This document shows positions 19,849 to 24,259 of a stretch of DNA of 24,259 nucleotides, one piece after another. Every line of letters begins with the position of its first letter. Position 1 is the first letter of the stretch. The stretch comes from a virus (Duplodnaviria > Heunggongvirae > Uroviricota > Caudoviricetes), in the IMG/VR virus record IMGVR_UViG_2671180603_000002, one strand, 5' to 3'. Under the pieces are notes generated by a model. It made no database searches and was not told the origin of the DNA. It saw only the letters and a list, made by a program, of their open reading frames with translations. Made by a program: the position numbers and the translations under genes.

Positions 19849-20246
19849 GAACGGTGGTCAGGCGTAAGGTTTACGCCCGTTTTCTGGATGCGGTGAACTT
19901 CGTCAACGGAAACAGCGACGCCGATCCGGAACAGGAGGTGATCAGCCGCTGGCGCATCGAGCAGTGCAGCGAACTGAGCGCGGTCAGTGCCTCTTTTGTG
20001 CTGGCCACACCAACGGAGACGGATGGCGCGGTTTTCCCGGGGCGTATCATGCTGGCGAATACCTGTATGTGGACTTACCGTTCTGATGAGTGTGGTTACA
20101 CGGGCAGGGCAGTGGCTGACGAGTTCGACAAACCAACGACGGATATCCGGAAGGACAAATGCAGCAAGTGTATGCGCGGGTGTGAGTTGCGCAACAATAC
20201 CGGTAATTTCGGCGGTTTCCTTTCCATCAATAAACTTTCTCAGTAA
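19191..20246 (+). CDS. Chimeric in-frame ORF: J N-terminus (~220 codons) fused to the L (allele 2) C-terminus (codons ~108-232)
   Basis: 351-aa ORF. Residues 1-220 match J (…[15 protein letters not shown]), then continue as L (GTVVRRKVYARFLDAVNFVNGNSDADPEQ...SINKLSQ). The junction lies at a 10-bp microhomology CTGGTCGGCG (19839-19848). Confidence 0.75.
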   Translation: MGKGSSKGHTPREAKDNLKSTQLLSVIDAISEGPVEGPVDGLKSVLLNGTPVLDSEGKTNFSGVTVVFRAGEQEQTPPEGFESSGSETVLGTEVKYDTPITRTITSANIDRLRLTFGVQALVETTSKGDRNPSEVRLLVQIQRNGGWVTEKDITIKGKTTSQYLASVVVGNLPPRPFNIRMRRMTPDSTTDQLQNKTLWSSYTEIIDVKQCYPNTALVGGTVVRRKVYARFLDAVNFVNGNSDADPEQEVISRWRIEQCSELSAVSASFVLATPTETDGAVFPGRIMLANTCMWTYRSDECGYTGRAVADEFDKPTTDIRKDKCSKCMRGCELRNNTGNFGGFLSINKLSQ

Positions 20247-20250
20247 ATCC

Positions 20251-20994
20251 ATGACACAGACAGAATCAGCGATTCTGGCGCACGCCCGGCGATGTGCGCC
20301 AGCGGAGTCGTGTGGCTTCGTGGTGAGAACGCCGGAGGGAGACAGGTATCTTCCCAGCGAGAATATCTCCGGTGAGCCGGAGGAACGGTTCCGGATGGCT
20401 CCGGAGGACTGGCTGCGGGCACAAATGCAGGGTGAGATTGTGGCGCTGGTCCACAGTCATCCCGGTGGTCTGCCCTGGCTGAGTGAGGCTGACCGGCGGC
20501 TGCAGGTGCAGAGTGATTTGCCGTGGTGGCTGGTCTGCCGGGGGGCGATTCACAAGTTCCGCTGTGTGCCGCATCTCACCGGGCGGCGCTTTGAGCACGG
20601 GGTGACGGACTGTTACACGCTGTTCCGGGATGCTTATCATCTGGCAGGGATTGAGATGCCGGATTTTCATCGCGGGGATGACTGGTGGCGTAACGGTCAG
20701 AATCTCTATCTTGACAATATGGAGGTGACGGGTTTTTACCGTGTCGCACTGACAGAGGCACAGCCGGGCGATGTGCTGCTGTGCTGTTTTGGTTCATCGG
20801 TGCCGAATCATGCCGCCATTTACTGCGGTGACGGCGGGCTGCTGCACCATATTCCTGAACAACTGAGCAAACGAGAGAGGTACACCGACAAATGGCAGCG
20901 ACGCACACACTCCCTCTGGCGTCACCGGGCATGGCGCGCATCTGCCTTTACGGGGATTTACAACGATTTGGTCGCCGCATCGACCTTCGTGTGA
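20251..20994 (+). CDS. K: Tail tip assembly protein K (allele 2), second full copy
   Basis: Translation identical to the K copy at 16455..17198, 3796 bp upstream. Two synonymous nucleotide differences (20571, 20577) distinguish it from the other copy. Confidence 0.88.
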   Translation: MTQTESAILAHARRCAPAESCGFVVRTPEGDRYLPSENISGEPEERFRMAPEDWLRAQMQGEIVALVHSHPGGLPWLSEADRRLQVQSDLPWWLVCRGAIHKFRCVPHLTGRRFEHGVTDCYTLFRDAYHLAGIEMPDFHRGDDWWRNGQNLYLDNMEVTGFYRVALTEAQPGDVLLCCFGSSVPNHAAIYCGDGGLLHHIPEQLSKRERYTDKWQRRTHSLWRHRAWRASAFTGIYNDLVAASTFV

Positions 20995-21533
20995 AAACGG
21001 GGGCTGAAGCCATCCGGGCACTGGCCACACAGCTCCCGGCGTTTCGTCAGAAACTGAGTGACGGCTGGTATCAGGTGCGCATTGCCGGGCGTGATGCAGG
21101 TGAAACCGAATTGTCTGCCCGTCTTAATGAGCCGCTGGCAAATGGTGCAGTGATCCACATAGTACCGCGTCTGGTGGGAGCTAAAAGTGGCGGTGTGTTT
21201 CAGGCGGTGCTGGGGGCGGCTGTTATGGCGGTTGCTATATGGATGCCGGGGGTAGGAATTATGGCGAGTAATCTGCTGTTTTCTCTCGGTGCCAGTATGA
21301 CGCTTGGCGGTGTTGCACAGATGCTGGCACCGAAAGCCAGAACTCCCCGTACACAGACAACGGATAACGGTAAGCAGAACACGTATTTCTCGTCACTGGA
21401 TAACATGGTTGCCCAGGGCAATGTTCTGCCCGTTCTGTACGGTGAAATGCGCGTGGGGTCACGTGTGGTTTCTCAGGAGATCAGCACGGCAGACGAAGGG
21501 GATGGTGGTCAGGTTGTGGTGATTGGTCGCTGA
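20892..21533 (+). CDS. I: Tail tip assembly protein I (allele 2), second copy
   Basis: Translation identical to 17096..17737. Confidence 0.88.
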   Translation: MAATHTLPLASPGMARICLYGDLQRFGRRIDLRVKTGAEAIRALATQLPAFRQKLSDGWYQVRIAGRDAGETELSARLNEPLANGAVIHIVPRLVGAKSGGVFQAVLGAAVMAVAIWMPGVGIMASNLLFSLGASMTLGGVAQMLAPKARTPRTQTTDNGKQNTYFSSLDNMVAQGNVLPVLYGEMRVGSRVVSQEISTADEGDGGQVVVIGR

Positions 21534-21590
21534 TGCAAAATGTTTTATGTGAAACCGCCTGCGGGCGGTTTTGTCGTTTATGGAGCGTGA

Positions 21591-24259
<2,669 letters not shown>

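Overview
This window is the virion-morphogenesis arm of a lambda-like (lambdoid) siphophage, most likely an integrated prophage in an enterobacterial genome. All identifications come from reading the ORF translations and the sequence against remembered phage lambda proteins; no database search was run. From left to right: two minus-strand accessory ORFs from the phage right end (222-923), an internal cos site (cosN near 1123-1134, cosB repeats 1175-1290), then the lambda-order late genes Nu1-A-W-B-C/Nu3-D-E-FI-FII-Z-U-V-G/T-H-M-L-K-I-J (1312 to window end). The order is canonical up to L (ends 15229). Three things stand out. (1) The tail-tip genes L, K, I and J form a complex tandem mosaic over about 15.2-22.3 kb, built from two allelic lineages and joined at three breakpoints; whether this is biology or misassembly cannot be decided from sequence alone. 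(2) The head protease gene C is split by an apparent 19-bp deletion between short direct repeats. (3) The only long J copy loses its frame near 23991 and continues in the +1 frame with a non-lambda C-terminal region. No tRNA, CRISPR array, transposase or integrase was seen.
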